From IMG/VR virus record IMGVR_UViG_3300028591_000206, positions 1,941-65,940 of that record: DNA of 64,000 nt, one strand, 5' to 3'. How positions within the stretch are numbered: position 1 is the first letter of the stretch; each line of letters opens with the position of its first letter. This stretch comes from a virus (lineage: Duplodnaviria > Caudoviricetes). The position numbers were made by a program, and so were the translations under genes. The notes under the pieces were generated by a model. It worked only from the letters and a program-made list of their open reading frames with translations. It had not been told where the DNA came from and did no database searches. Positions 10,667 to 21,563 of this stretch are shown here, piece after piece.

Positions 10667-11485
10667 TTATAGAACAACAACATTATCAACATCATTAGAT
10701 AATGTAAATCTTTCAAACCATCTTGATGTCTGATTAGTATATAGAGCTCTTTCATTATTAATATAAAATTCTTTATTTTGTTCTTGTATAATTAATGGAC
10801 TAATATCCATAATAATTTGAGTCATTTTATCTATATTAAATGTCTCACCTATTTTAAAGTTCGACAAATAATCCATTACTGCTTGTTGAACGCTATATTT
10901 AATATCTTGTTTTTCATTATCTGATGTATTAGAAGCAAAAGATAATTGTTGAGTAATTTTAATATAATTTAATGTAGGACTCACTACATTATATCTTATG
11001 CCATACCCATGTACATCTTTGAGTCTTTCATATACATTACTCAATATATTTTCTGGTGTAACATCTTTATTAGTTAATACAATAACAGTAAAAGAGCCAG
11101 CTCCCATTGAATATGGTTTTATAACAACATCCTCAACTCCATCAGTTGTTAAAGCAGTTAACCTAACGGCTGTATAATTTGATGTAGCAAGAGTAAGACA
11201 TTGATTAGTTATTCTGGTACGAAAATTATCATCAGATTCATTTTCTAATCTAAAACATTGTAATAATGAGCCAATGGCATCTAATGCATCATTGTCAGCA
11301 GTAGTTACAAATGCTCGTAAATGATTAATAGTAAGTGTCGTATATAAATCAGAAATACTAGAATTGACAATATTTAAAAATAATTTTGCAATACTTCCAG
11401 GGCTAGAATTAAAACCTATCGCATTAAGAGATTTAACACCTTCTTCTGAAAGTTCTTTAAATGTTTTTGTATTTAATACGATCAT
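10667..11485 (-). CDS. Baseplate J-like wedge protein
   Basis: 'TADNDALDAIG...ENESDDNFRTRI...VEDVVIKPYSMGAGSFTVIV' matches the Baseplate_J pattern (E-x-D-x-x-F/Y-R-x-R; G-x-G-x-x-x-V). Confidence 0.85.
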   Translation of the reverse strand: MIVLNTKTFKELSEEGVKSLNAIGFNSSPGSIAKLFLNIVNSSISDLYTTLTINHLRAFVTTADNDALDAIGSLLQCFRLENESDDNFRTRITNQCLTLATSNYTAVRLTALTTDGVEDVVIKPYSMGAGSFTVIVLTNKDVTPENILSNVYERLKDVHGYGIRYNVVSPTLNYIKITQQLSFASNTSDNEKQDIKYSVQQAVMDYLSNFKIGETFNIDKMTQIIMDISPLIIQEQNKEFYINNERALYTNQTSRWFERFTLSNDVDNVVVL

Positions 11486-11918
11486 ATTTTGGCTCCCATC
11501 CGTATCTAATTCTTACACCTTTTACTAAATCAATATCAGCAATTAATTCATATGAATAAGTGTCATCAGTATCTTTATCTTTGATTTTAAAATAAATATT
11601 ATATGTAATATTTATCATATTATTAATTGTCGCTTTAATTAATATTTCTTCTTGTTCCCACAAAGAATCAAATGTTAATTGTTGAGTTATAAGTAATTTA
11701 CCAGCTTCAGCTGTATCTCTATTACATGGTTGGCCGATTAAAGATTCTAGATTAGCTCCTATTTCATCTATAAACCAATTAGTAGATACAGATTTGATTC
11801 TGTTATAAGCTAATTGAATTCTTAAGTCATTATCCATTTTATGATGGATATCCCATGTTTCTGGATTCAGCATTAATTCGCCATTAGTATCTAAACTAAA
11901 ATCAAATCCTTGAACCAT
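11457..11918 (-). CDS. Baseplate wedge/sheath initiator, gp25/GPW-like
   Basis: 153 aa, immediately upstream of J; 'DLRIQLAYNRIKS...W...IGANLESLIGQP' is the gp25-like pattern. Confidence 0.7.
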   Translation of the reverse strand: MVQGFDFSLDTNGELMLNPETWDIHHKMDNDLRIQLAYNRIKSVSTNWFIDEIGANLESLIGQPCNRDTAEAGKLLITQQLTFDSLWEQEEILIKATINNMINITYNIYFKIKDKDTDDTYSYELIADIDLVKGVRIRYGWEPKYDRIKYKNI

Positions 11919-11935
11919 TTATTTATCCTCATAAA

Positions 11936-13780
11936 TTATTTTTCTCTATCCCAAAGGTCCATATCAAATTCATATTTTATATCATAATCAATATGATTAT
12001 TACTAAAACAGCTAGAACCATGATTTGATGAAGCAAAAAATCTTAGTTGTCTAATATCATCTGACCTATTATATGAATCTGTAATGGTCCACTGTTTAGT
12101 TGATAAGTTATCATTACTTAATGTAAAACCACCAAGAGATAATTTATATGAACCACCATTATAAATATCATTAGGAGAAATGTTACCAAGACTTATTTCT
12201 CTTCTAAGATTAGTAGCTGCACCAAAATCATATAATAAAATCATTTTTCCAGAAGATGTTCTACCAAATACAGCAAGTTCGTCTTTATCACTACCATGGC
12301 TATTTCCAGATTTATAATTATATGTAAATTGGGAAATCCAACACCCTGTAACTAAATTAGTCCATCCACTATCAAAATAAGATACAGTTGGATTGGTAGC
12401 ATATGTCATTGTTCCATCTGCTTTCATGCTACCATTTTCTCCCATTACTTTAATAATTTTATTAGCTGTAACTCTTTTATTATTGTATGTATGAACTACT
12501 GTAATTGGATAATAACCGATATTATTTATTTGAATTTTATTTTTATATGAAGTATTTGTTTCATCAGTAAATTTAGATAAGAAATTTACATTGTCACATG
12601 TTACTTCTCTTGTAACCAGACTATATCCATTTGATAAGTTACCACCATTAATAATAACAGTAACAATTTCTTTTCCATTTGTTAATCTACCGTTATTGTC
12701 ATATACCAAATCTAAGCTTATATCTGTAAGATTATATTCTTCAAATACTGCATATAATATATATGTACCGCCTTTATTTGTTAAATTGGTAGTAACTAAT
12801 TGACCAGGCTGATATGCAACATATGTAGCTTGTGGGTCTGGAGACCATCCTTTAAATTCGTGGTTTTCAACAAAAGGATGTGTGCCTATAATAGAAAATT
12901 GTTGATCATATTCAACTTGTTGCTGATATGCTGTTTGTCTTTGAGAATTTATAACGTAGATAATATTATATTTAGTAAATTCTTCTAGCGTTCCTGTAAC
13001 TCCAAAAATAGTAGTACCTTGTCTAATATTTTTAGGAATTAAATCTTCGTCACCATCTATGAATACACGACTCAATACATGATTATCATCTGGTTCTATA
13101 ATTTGTTCTTGTGTACTTGGATGACCATATTTTTCTTGTGTTTGTATTCTTATACGAGATTTATGAGAATGATAACCTATTGGAACTTCTTGTTCTGCGT
13201 ATTCTTCATCAAGAACTATATCACTATTCATATTTTGAATATGAATATTACCTACTATTCTTTGTCCTTTAGAATATCCTATTTTATTTTCAAGTATATC
13301 ATTAGCAGTAATATTAGCATCACTTGTAAAAGTTCCATTAACATTAAATATTTGAGAAGTATATCGTATATTTTCTGGAGTTAAATTAACATCACCTTTA
13401 AGAATTTGATCTCCTTCAAGATAATGTTTCATTGGAATAACAATATCAATTGTTGTAGGAATGTATGTATGACTAGGAAAAGAAACAATATTGCCTTCTA
13501 TTCTTTGCCCTTTTGAATATGCTATTTTACCAAACAAAATATCGTCACTACTAGCTGTTCCATCAGATGTATCTACTATATATGTTAAATTAGCATTGTC
13601 TCCAAATAATTCTTCATATACATGAAGTAATCTATAAAGAGCAACAACTAATTCATCGAAAGTCATATGTTTAACAAAGTAGTATTCTGGAGCACGCATC
13701 GCTGTAAATATTTGATTAATAATATCTCTTGCTTCAATAAACGAGTCTTTCATTAATTGATGGTCTCTATTAACGCTCAT
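11936..13780 (-). CDS. Tail fibre-like protein with 'DIL-x-x-K-x-x-YSKGQRI-x-GNI' repeats and a Listeria-Bacteroides (InlB B-like) repeat
   Basis: Two repeats (SDDILFGKIAYSKGQRIEGNI; ANDILENKIGYSKGQRIVGNI), 'LIPKNIRQGTTIFGVTG', and 'YNIIY...HEFKGWS...YQPGQ...LYAVF'. Confidence 0.6.
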   Translation of the reverse strand: MSVNRDHQLMKDSFIEARDIINQIFTAMRAPEYYFVKHMTFDELVVALYRLLHVYEELFGDNANLTYIVDTSDGTASSDDILFGKIAYSKGQRIEGNIVSFPSHTYIPTTIDIVIPMKHYLEGDQILKGDVNLTPENIRYTSQIFNVNGTFTSDANITANDILENKIGYSKGQRIVGNIHIQNMNSDIVLDEEYAEQEVPIGYHSHKSRIRIQTQEKYGHPSTQEQIIEPDDNHVLSRVFIDGDEDLIPKNIRQGTTIFGVTGTLEEFTKYNIIYVINSQRQTAYQQQVEYDQQFSIIGTHPFVENHEFKGWSPDPQATYVAYQPGQLVTTNLTNKGGTYILYAVFEEYNLTDISLDLVYDNNGRLTNGKEIVTVIINGGNLSNGYSLVTREVTCDNVNFLSKFTDETNTSYKNKIQINNIGYYPITVVHTYNNKRVTANKIIKVMGENGSMKADGTMTYATNPTVSYFDSGWTNLVTGCWISQFTYNYKSGNSHGSDKDELAVFGRTSSGKMILLYDFGAATNLRREISLGNISPNDIYNGGSYKLSLGGFTLSNDNLSTKQWTITDSYNRSDDIRQLRFFASSNHGSSCFSNNHIDYDIKYEFDMDLWDREK

Positions 13781-13781
13781 T

Positions 13782-14396
13782 TTATACTACTCCATAACCT
13801 TTAATTCTAAATGCTCTTCCAGTAAAATATAAATCATCTTCTTTTACGCCACCAGCAGGATAAGGTTTCTTATTTGATGCATGTATTATTCGATTATTAC
13901 CTTCATATATAACTACATGGTTGCCACTAGATTTAAATTTACATAAGATATCACCAGCTTGTTTGCTTTCCCAAGGAATTTCATAAAAATATCCAGACCC
14001 AGGTATAGATGCAACTGTAAGTCTACCAGCATTTTGAGGCATAAGCCCCATTTTTTTCATTAAGTAAGTAACAAATCCAGAACAATCAAAGCATAATCCT
14101 TTTTCGTCACTAATTTCTCCTTCAGCTCCCCATATATATGTATGTCCAATAAATGTTTTAGCCAATGCAATAAGGTCATTTGTTTCTTCCGTAGTCATTG
14201 CTGTTACATCAGAAACAGCAACAGCAATTTCACGAGAATTATCTATAAATTCATCATTGAATTGTTGAAATAATTTAATATATTGATCAATTTTTTCGTC
14301 TTCATCTATATCTAAATTATAAAATTCTTTTTTGAGATTTTTATATGTTTCTATTCTCGCTTTAATATCTTGAAATTGTGAAGAGTCATTTGCCAT
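13782..14396 (-). CDS. NlpC/P60 peptidoglycan endopeptidase (virion-associated)
   Basis: 'FIGHTYIWGA...FDCSGFVTY...AGDIL...GNHVVIY...IIHAS' contains the catalytic Cys and His. Confidence 0.9.
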   Translation of the reverse strand: MANDSSQFQDIKARIETYKNLKKEFYNLDIDEDEKIDQYIKLFQQFNDEFIDNSREIAVAVSDVTAMTTEETNDLIALAKTFIGHTYIWGAEGEISDEKGLCFDCSGFVTYLMKKMGLMPQNAGRLTVASIPGSGYFYEIPWESKQAGDILCKFKSSGNHVVIYEGNNRIIHASNKKPYPAGGVKEDDLYFTGRAFRIKGYGVV

Positions 14397-15226
14397 TATG
14401 ATTGATCTCCATTGATTTCTGTTGAATTTTGCATATCTTCTTCTATCAAATCAACATAACTATCTGTTTCTTTAATAATATCATAGGCTAAACATATTTT
14501 CATTATTTGGCCTACTTTAAGCTGAGTAGAAATAGAATGATCTGTTTTTTCAGATTCGCTAGTTGCTTTAGTAAATTCAATATCATTGCCATAAAATTTT
14601 ATATTTCCAGTGTCATTACATATACGAATTCCAGTATTTGCTCCAGTAAATATATCTATGTCACCATTATCTCTTAACTTAACAGTGCTTTTGTTTTTTA
14701 AGTTAGTCATACCAACTTCATTATCTTCGTATTTATCAAGACTAGTGATTAAATCCATTGATACTTGATTAACGTCAATATTAGTATAACGAGCAGTACT
14801 ATTTTCGTATTTACTTAAAGAGCCAGTATCATTTATCCAATCAAGGTTCATTGCGATGATATTTTCTGGAGTACCAACTTTCCATACAGTATCATCAGCA
14901 ATGTAAGCACCTTGATCAGTACAGTTTCTGTCTGAATAATAGCTTTCTGGTATTCCAGTAATTACAGGATTATAAATATTACTGTTAATAAAACCAACAG
15001 AACATTTTTGTCCAGCAAAGATACTACCAGAAGCAAATCCACCAGCATGGTTTGCAATCATTACATTGCCACGATAAATAAAACCAGACCCATTAGGGTT
15101 TAAATATTTAATTTTACACGTTTCTGTTGTTTTATCGTATTCTAGTATAGTTCCGGTAGTATCTGTAAATTGAGTTCGATTATTATTATTAATTTGTTCT
15201 TTTAAACTATCTTTAATAATACTCAT
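14396..15226 (-). CDS. Baseplate central spike (gpV/gp138-like, OB-fold plus beta-strand repeats)
   Basis: 'GTILEYD...CKIKY...NVMI...GQKCSVGFINSNIYNPVITG' followed by 'VKLRDNGDIDIF...IRI...GNIKFYG'; directly downstream of the hub gene. Confidence 0.7.
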   Translation of the reverse strand: MSIIKDSLKEQINNNNRTQFTDTTGTILEYDKTTETCKIKYLNPNGSGFIYRGNVMIANHAGGFASGSIFAGQKCSVGFINSNIYNPVITGIPESYYSDRNCTDQGAYIADDTVWKVGTPENIIAMNLDWINDTGSLSKYENSTARYTNIDVNQVSMDLITSLDKYEDNEVGMTNLKNKSTVKLRDNGDIDIFTGANTGIRICNDTGNIKFYGNDIEFTKATSESEKTDHSISTQLKVGQIMKICLAYDIIKETDSYVDLIEEDMQNSTEINGDQS

Positions 15227-18200
15227 TAGTTATCCTCAACTGAAAGTTCGTCTTGATCAGTTTCTACACCTTCTTCGCCAGTATTTTCTTCAGAGCCTGC
15301 ATTTTCATCATTTATTAGTAATATTTTTTCACCATCTTTAATACCAGCTATAAAAGGTTTCCCTTCCCACCATAATGGTAGCAATACACATACATTACGA
15401 TTTTCTACCCAAGAAGAAATAGTTGATATTGCAATTTCTAACATTATTGTAATAAGAACAGATACTGCAAATCCAATACCAAGTGTTTCTGGTGCTGATG
15501 CCGCTCCTATTGCCAATATCGTACCTTCCGCAGCTTCAAATTCTTTAGCAACATAATTAATAGATGAAATGACACGAACAACGACAAAGAAACTTTTGGC
15601 CGCAGTAAAGGTTTTAAATGAAGCATCTGCTGCTTTATATACTGAGTATATACTTTTTATTGCTTTAATAATACTTCCAGTATTTTGACAACATCTTATG
15701 AATTTATATACAGTCATTGCTATAGCTATATCTCCAGCTATAGTAGCAGTAGTATCTGCTGTATGCCATAGTTTCGTATTATTAAAAAGCTTATTTTGAG
15801 ATTGTAGTCCATTAATTCCAAGCTCTTCAAGTATTTGAGCTTTGTTCATTAATGTTACTAAATCAACATAACGTTCAACATTATCTTTCAATAATTTTCT
15901 GCTTTGAGCATATTTAGTAAATTCACCATATATCTTTAAAAAGACAGCTATTAATTCAATATTACCACTATCTTGTTCTGGACAGAATCCTATAACACCT
16001 GGAATTATTGACGTTGTAAAGCCAGTACGAGTATTAAATGAATGAATAACTTCTCTTGTTAAAGCTAAACCATTTAAAGCAGTATAAAAGTCATTAATCA
16101 TTAAATAATCATCTGGTTTTACTTGAGGTTGTCCAAGACAAAGTATTTGCCCTTGATACTGTTGTTGCCAACCATATAAAAGATTAGAAATACCTAATCT
16201 TCTTGCAGCTCTTTGTCCATGTCTAAATCCAATAAATTCATTAAAGGAATCCAAACCTAGATAATCTTGTACTATTGAAGAATCTATAATATGAGTTGAT
16301 TGTTTAGAATGATCAATCGTATCATCACTATGTATAACAGCTGTTGCTTTAGGAGTTTTACCACGAGTATATATTACTTTGGCATTTGTAAAACTACGTC
16401 TTGAAGATACAGATATTTGATTTTCAATAATAGATGTTAATGAGTCAATATAATGCATTTGAGTATTAGCTTTGCATTCTTGATATATTGTACCATTTAT
16501 AATGTCATATCTATATTTTGTAAGGTCAAATGGCAATCCATAATATAGTCTGGAGTCAAATTGATATTTTTCAACTTTTACTAAATACTCTGGAGCTGTT
16601 TGAGCACATAATTGAAAGACATCCCAAGGGGTCATATTATATTGATTAAACACTATATTAGCTTCTCCGTCATGACCTAAAGCTCCAGCAACGCTTGGAC
16701 TTGCATAAATATATCCAAAGTGTCTAGCTAAGTTAAAAAAGTCATCTTTATCATATGCCTTATATACATTCATTAATAAGTCATATTGTTCATAGATTCC
16801 AGTATCAACTCCTCCTTGTAAGAAATATCTTTCTCCATCATTAATATATAAACCAAAGTGTTCAATATTATATTTAGAACCTTCAAACCATTCTTTAGCA
16901 AAGAATAAGTGATTCATCCAACTAGTACGTTTAACCATGATTTCACTTATTATGTTTGAAGATTCTTGATTAGCGCCAAGTCCAAATAATCCTAATGCTC
17001 CATTATTTATATCTTTAGTTTTGTCACTAGTTACAGATTGAATAAGTTCGTGACCGTCTGAAGTAACAGTAATACTAATTTGGTCTCCCAATGTTAAACC
17101 AGAAATAGTACCGTTAATGATAGGAGCTAACGATAATGGGTCAGAACCATATCCCATTCTTAGATGTACTCTAGCACCTTCTCTGACTTTAGTATGATTA
17201 AATAAAATACTATGCATCTGAATTAAACGATTAGTAATCTTTAATCCACCTATTAACATTCCACAGTTTTTATATAACCATCTATTAATACTAAAATCTT
17301 TTCCAGTAGCATTACTAACCATATTATCAAGAACAGAATTGTATTCTTTATCTTTAGCAATACTATATTTTATTAAAGCAGCTGAACTTCTATCAAGATT
17401 ATGATATGTATTAGTGACTGTAATTTGTGCTGTTTCTGTTGGCATATCATTGGCGGCATGATATTGAATGTCTATTACTGGTTTATAAACATAATAATTT
17501 GTCCAAAGTTTTCTACCGTCATACCATTGAGCTTGGTCATCCAATATACAGAATAAAAATGTTGGGAATGCTTTAACTAGTCTTCCTTTTGCTGAATATT
17601 GACAATCATCAACAAATGCTGTATTTACTCTATTTAAATTGTTATTTATCTCAGCCCATTGTTTACCAACGCCACTATTATGAGTATCAAAATGTTTAGA
17701 TTTGATATATATTGGTTTACCAAATGCATTTGTATCTATTAAGTCAACAGCATTAATAGTGTATTTTCTTGCAACAGTAACACTATTACTTGATGCTTCA
17801 CTAACTCCATGTCCAGCAACATTATATCCAACAGAATAAGATTCTTCTTTTAATCCATAGAATATATGTTGATTTACTGAACCTATTTGTTCATATTTAT
17901 CATTTTTATATTTATTGGCATAGTTAGAATTATTCATACTTGTAAATGCAAGTACTTTATAATCTTTTTTCCAACGTGCTCCAGCCTGGAATACTCTTTG
18001 TACACAAGCTTTTGCTTCTTCAACATCTTTAATCTCTTGTACTGTTTTATCTACAGTAAAGTCACGATTTTTGATATATGCAGTAATACCATTACCTTTA
18101 TACTTACATTGAATAGAATCATAAATGTATTGAGTCATTGCCATTTTACAAGCAATGGTTTCTCCTTCACATTCAGTAGCAACTGTTAAAGCAATAGCAT

Positions 18201-21200
18201 TGAATTCATCTGTTGTCATATTCTTATATTCAGTAAGTGCAACAGAACCATTGGTCCATTCTGAACCATCATCTTCTATGTCTGGTAATGTTAAGTCACT
18301 AATACTTGCTTGGTCTAATTCTATGCGTTTTGTTATTTCTGCTAAATCTTCTGCTGTCTCTGCTCTATTTCTTCTTTCGTTTTCTTTCATTTTAATTGTA
18401 TTAGCATTATCAGTAACAGTGCTAGAACTTGTTCCAGCTGATCCACTGATATATTGAGCAGATAAATTTTTAGACATCTTATCCATAATTTTAGCAATTT
18501 TATTATGCCATTCTGGATCAGTAGCATATTCGTGACCGCTACTATTATGTCTCATTTGATTTAAAGTTTTCTGTTGATATTTACTATTGTAATAATGGTC
18601 AGCAATCCATTTAGCACCACCAATAATACCTTTATCTAAGCCAGAATCAAAAGTATGTGCAGATGCATAAGGAGAAGTATCAAATGCTCCGATTCCGAAG
18701 TAATTATTTTTCTTTCTTGCTATATTAGATGTTCCAGATGCAGATTCTAATATAGCATGAGCTAATATGTATCTAGGGTCTAATCCAGACTCTTCTCCAG
18801 CTTTAACAAACACATCTCCATGATTTTGAAATGGAGAGTCTGCTGGACAATATGAAGCAATAAAAGTATTTAATTCTGATGCAGATATTGGCGACCATAT
18901 ACCTAAGTCTTGGTCTATAGTTGCTTTTGAAGAATTTTGTTCTACTTCAGCTTTTTTCTTTTCTTCTTCAGCCTTCTTTTTATTTTCTTCTTCAGCTTTC
19001 TTTTTTTCTTCTTCTATTTTTTCTTCTTCTGTTTGTATAGCATCATCAATTTTTTGTTCAGAATCTTTTTCCTTATCTTTTTCATCTTTATTTTCTTCAG
19101 TAATATTTGTATCATTTGATGATGTGGTAGTTTCTGTTCCGTTATCTTTTCCATACGGATTTGCAGAAGTATATCCTTCAGTCGTTTCTAATAAAGATTT
19201 TTTCTTTTCTTCAATAGTTCCATTTTCATCTGGATATTGATTTCCATCACTATCATAAGGATTTGATTGATTAGTTCCTTGTTTTTCATAATCTCTTTGA
19301 AGAGGCATAATACGATAGACATATGCAATTTGAAAAGGAACTTGTTCTTCAAGAACTCCATTAACTTGATTTACATTTATAACAGCAAGATTGTTTTCTT
19401 TATCGTACCCAGTTGCTACACCAAACCATGATTTTGCATCGTTAGAGATAATATCTCCTCTTCTAATATCTTGTAAAGAAACTGCTTTAAAAATATCAAG
19501 AGAATCTACATCTTTTGCTTTGAGACGTTTAAAGTTATCTGGTAAAATACCCATGGTTTTAAGACCCCAAGTTATTAACCCAAGATCATCAAATTTTTCA
19601 CCACGATAATCACTAATTTCTCCTTCAGCAATAGCTTCGTAATGACATCCTATTTTCGTTCTTAAAAGATTAATAAAGCCAGTTGTTTTAGTATCTGTAT
19701 TTTCACCATCTCCATATGTAGGATTATATTTTTCTTTAATTATTCCACTTACACTTGTATTTCGTACTGGAGAAGAATATAAATTTGAAATTGACGAACC
19801 ATTACTTTGTTTTTCTTGATTCTCTTCTGCTTTTAATTCTTTATATATAGAAGTATATGTGTTTGGATAAAATACATAAAAATCTGGGTCAACAAATCCT
19901 TGATATACTGGTGATTCTGGAACGTTACCATTTTGATAAATTGTATTGCCACCAGCGTCTAACCAATTATTAGGAAGATTATTATTTGATTCACCTTTAC
20001 CATATGAAATATTTGATGGTTGTAATGGATAAGCTTCATAAGGTAATTGGTCTTTATTATTATATTTTCTAAAAGCATTTATGTTTGTTATTGCTTCATT
20101 TACTTCAGCATAAGTAGGAAGTCTTAAATCTGGGTATACTTCCATTCCAGTTCTTAACTTCCATTCAGCATAATTATCTTGATATATTTTAGTCATTAAG
20201 CCTTTTAATGACTGTTGTATGCATTGGTCTTTGTTATTACTACTTTCATTTTCAAGAGCTTCACCAGTTTTTTGTAATCCATCGATACTACTTTCTTTGC
20301 CATTAAATGGCATAAAACCATTTAATTCTTCTCTTCTGGATTGTGCAATATCATATGATACACATAGTAATCTAACTTGATATAATCCTGGAATACCTGG
20401 TACAGTATGTGTTTCAACTGATTCAATAGTACAGAACAAAGAACCACAGAAAGTAACAAAGTCAGATTCTATTTTAACAAATCCTATAGAGCCTCTAACT
20501 TTTGGATTACTACGGACCATTAAATCATTTTTGATTTGACATTTCTCTATTTTTCCAACAACAGTAACATCTGTAGTTTCAAATACAATATTAAATTGAG
20601 TATCAAGCCCTCCAAGATATTGTAAAGTTGGACTTGATGCTTCTGACATTTGAATAGATGTTAACATATTAGCGTAGCTACATTGAAATTCTGTTATGTG
20701 AACATCATAATCATTTGAATTAATAATTACATCATAATTTGATGGTTCAATTACTTGTGCAAGTATACTTTCTTCTTTTGTTACTGTAGCACTTGAATTA
20801 TTAACAATAGTAGCTAAAACATTTTCACTAAGTAAGCTTAATTTAAATGCTGTATGGTCACTATTAACTGGTAATGATTGAAGCTTTTTATATTCATGTT
20901 CTTCTGTAATAATACTTTGTATATAATACCTAAAAAGATCCCAATCTATTGTATGCTTAAACATCATATTAGGCATTTCAATATAAGGCATCATATCTAC
21001 TTCTTGTAATGTTAAGTGAGCAGTTAATGCATTTTGGAATCCTTCGATTGTTGAGATAACAATAGATTGTAAAGCAACGACAAAAATATTATATGAGTCA
21101 TTCAATAATTCATTACGTAATGGTAAGAAAGGTGTCAGTTTAAATTGAGCAAGCAAAGTCCTTAGACCGTCTACATAATAGAAATTAGAATAAGTATCTT

Positions 21201-21558
21201 TATCTTTATGTACTGGCCCAGGTACTTTATATCCATTGATTTCATCCATACCATCAAATACTAAATCTATTTGAATAGTACGTTTATGATATCCAGTTTT
21301 TTGCTTTTGAGAATTTTCTTGTCTTAATGTTTGGATATTTTGAGAAAATGACTCTGAAGAAACGTAAATAAATTCTGGTGGAATCATCATCGCAACATCG
21401 CCAATTGTTAAGTTATATTCATCATATAAATATCTATGATCATAACTTATATAATTGCTTTGCTCTAAAGGTTTAATCTGTCTCGCACTACTTGTGCGAG
21501 ACAGAGCATCAAACATTTCGAGACCTTGTTCAGTTGTAAAGTTAATTACATCAGACAT
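15226..21558 (-). CDS. 2110-aa baseplate hub / tail-associated lysin with degenerate NlpC/P60, GH73 glucosaminidase and SleB-like hydrolase domains
   Basis: GH73: 'GLDPRYILAHAILES...NNYFGIGAFD...YATDPEW' (~18480-18900); SleB-like 'IALTVATECEGE' (~18170); NlpC/P60-like 'FDDLG' (~19590); C-terminal hub-like region 'RVHLRMGYGSD...IINGTI...GQILCLGQPQVKPDDYLMIND'. Confidence 0.8.
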   Translation of the reverse strand: MSDVINFTTEQGLEMFDALSRTSSARQIKPLEQSNYISYDHRYLYDEYNLTIGDVAMMIPPEFIYVSSESFSQNIQTLRQENSQKQKTGYHKRTIQIDLVFDGMDEINGYKVPGPVHKDKDTYSNFYYVDGLRTLLAQFKLTPFLPLRNELLNDSYNIFVVALQSIVISTIEGFQNALTAHLTLQEVDMMPYIEMPNMMFKHTIDWDLFRYYIQSIITEEHEYKKLQSLPVNSDHTAFKLSLLSENVLATIVNNSSATVTKEESILAQVIEPSNYDVIINSNDYDVHITEFQCSYANMLTSIQMSEASSPTLQYLGGLDTQFNIVFETTDVTVVGKIEKCQIKNDLMVRSNPKVRGSIGFVKIESDFVTFCGSLFCTIESVETHTVPGIPGLYQVRLLCVSYDIAQSRREELNGFMPFNGKESSIDGLQKTGEALENESSNNKDQCIQQSLKGLMTKIYQDNYAEWKLRTGMEVYPDLRLPTYAEVNEAITNINAFRKYNNKDQLPYEAYPLQPSNISYGKGESNNNLPNNWLDAGGNTIYQNGNVPESPVYQGFVDPDFYVFYPNTYTSIYKELKAEENQEKQSNGSSISNLYSSPVRNTSVSGIIKEKYNPTYGDGENTDTKTTGFINLLRTKIGCHYEAIAEGEISDYRGEKFDDLGLITWGLKTMGILPDNFKRLKAKDVDSLDIFKAVSLQDIRRGDIISNDAKSWFGVATGYDKENNLAVINVNQVNGVLEEQVPFQIAYVYRIMPLQRDYEKQGTNQSNPYDSDGNQYPDENGTIEEKKKSLLETTEGYTSANPYGKDNGTETTTSSNDTNITEENKDEKDKEKDSEQKIDDAIQTEEEKIEEEKKKAEEENKKKAEEEKKKAEVEQNSSKATIDQDLGIWSPISASELNTFIASYCPADSPFQNHGDVFVKAGEESGLDPRYILAHAILESASGTSNIARKKNNYFGIGAFDTSPYASAHTFDSGLDKGIIGGAKWIADHYYNSKYQQKTLNQMRHNSSGHEYATDPEWHNKIAKIMDKMSKNLSAQYISGSAGTSSSTVTDNANTIKMKENERRNRAETAEDLAEITKRIELDQASISDLTLPDIEDDGSEWTNGSVALTEYKNMTTDEFNAIALTVATECEGETIACKMAMTQYIYDSIQCKYKGNGITAYIKNRDFTVDKTVQEIKDVEEAKACVQRVFQAGARWKKDYKVLAFTSMNNSNYANKYKNDKYEQIGSVNQHIFYGLKEESYSVGYNVAGHGVSEASSNSVTVARKYTINAVDLIDTNAFGKPIYIKSKHFDTHNSGVGKQWAEINNNLNRVNTAFVDDCQYSAKGRLVKAFPTFLFCILDDQAQWYDGRKLWTNYYVYKPVIDIQYHAANDMPTETAQITVTNTYHNLDRSSAALIKYSIAKDKEYNSVLDNMVSNATGKDFSINRWLYKNCGMLIGGLKITNRLIQMHSILFNHTKVREGARVHLRMGYGSDPLSLAPIINGTISGLTLGDQISITVTSDGHELIQSVTSDKTKDINNGALGLFGLGANQESSNIISEIMVKRTSWMNHLFFAKEWFEGSKYNIEHFGLYINDGERYFLQGGVDTGIYEQYDLLMNVYKAYDKDDFFNLARHFGYIYASPSVAGALGHDGEANIVFNQYNMTPWDVFQLCAQTAPEYLVKVEKYQFDSRLYYGLPFDLTKYRYDIINGTIYQECKANTQMHYIDSLTSIIENQISVSSRRSFTNAKVIYTRGKTPKATAVIHSDDTIDHSKQSTHIIDSSIVQDYLGLDSFNEFIGFRHGQRAARRLGISNLLYGWQQQYQGQILCLGQPQVKPDDYLMINDFYTALNGLALTREVIHSFNTRTGFTTSIIPGVIGFCPEQDSGNIELIAVFLKIYGEFTKYAQSRKLLKDNVERYVDLVTLMNKAQILEELGINGLQSQNKLFNNTKLWHTADTTATIAGDIAIAMTVYKFIRCCQNTGSIIKAIKSIYSVYKAADASFKTFTAAKSFFVVVRVISSINYVAKEFEAAEGTILAIGAASAPETLGIGFAVSVLITIMLEIAISTISSWVENRNVCVLLPLWWEGKPFIAGIKDGEKILLINDENAGSEENTGEEGVETDQDELSVEDN

Positions 21559-21563
21559 ATTAA

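Noticed and set aside
18940-19110. Purine-rich periodic stretch as a DNA repeat element
   Set aside because: It simply encodes an E/K-rich low-complexity helix in the hub protein.
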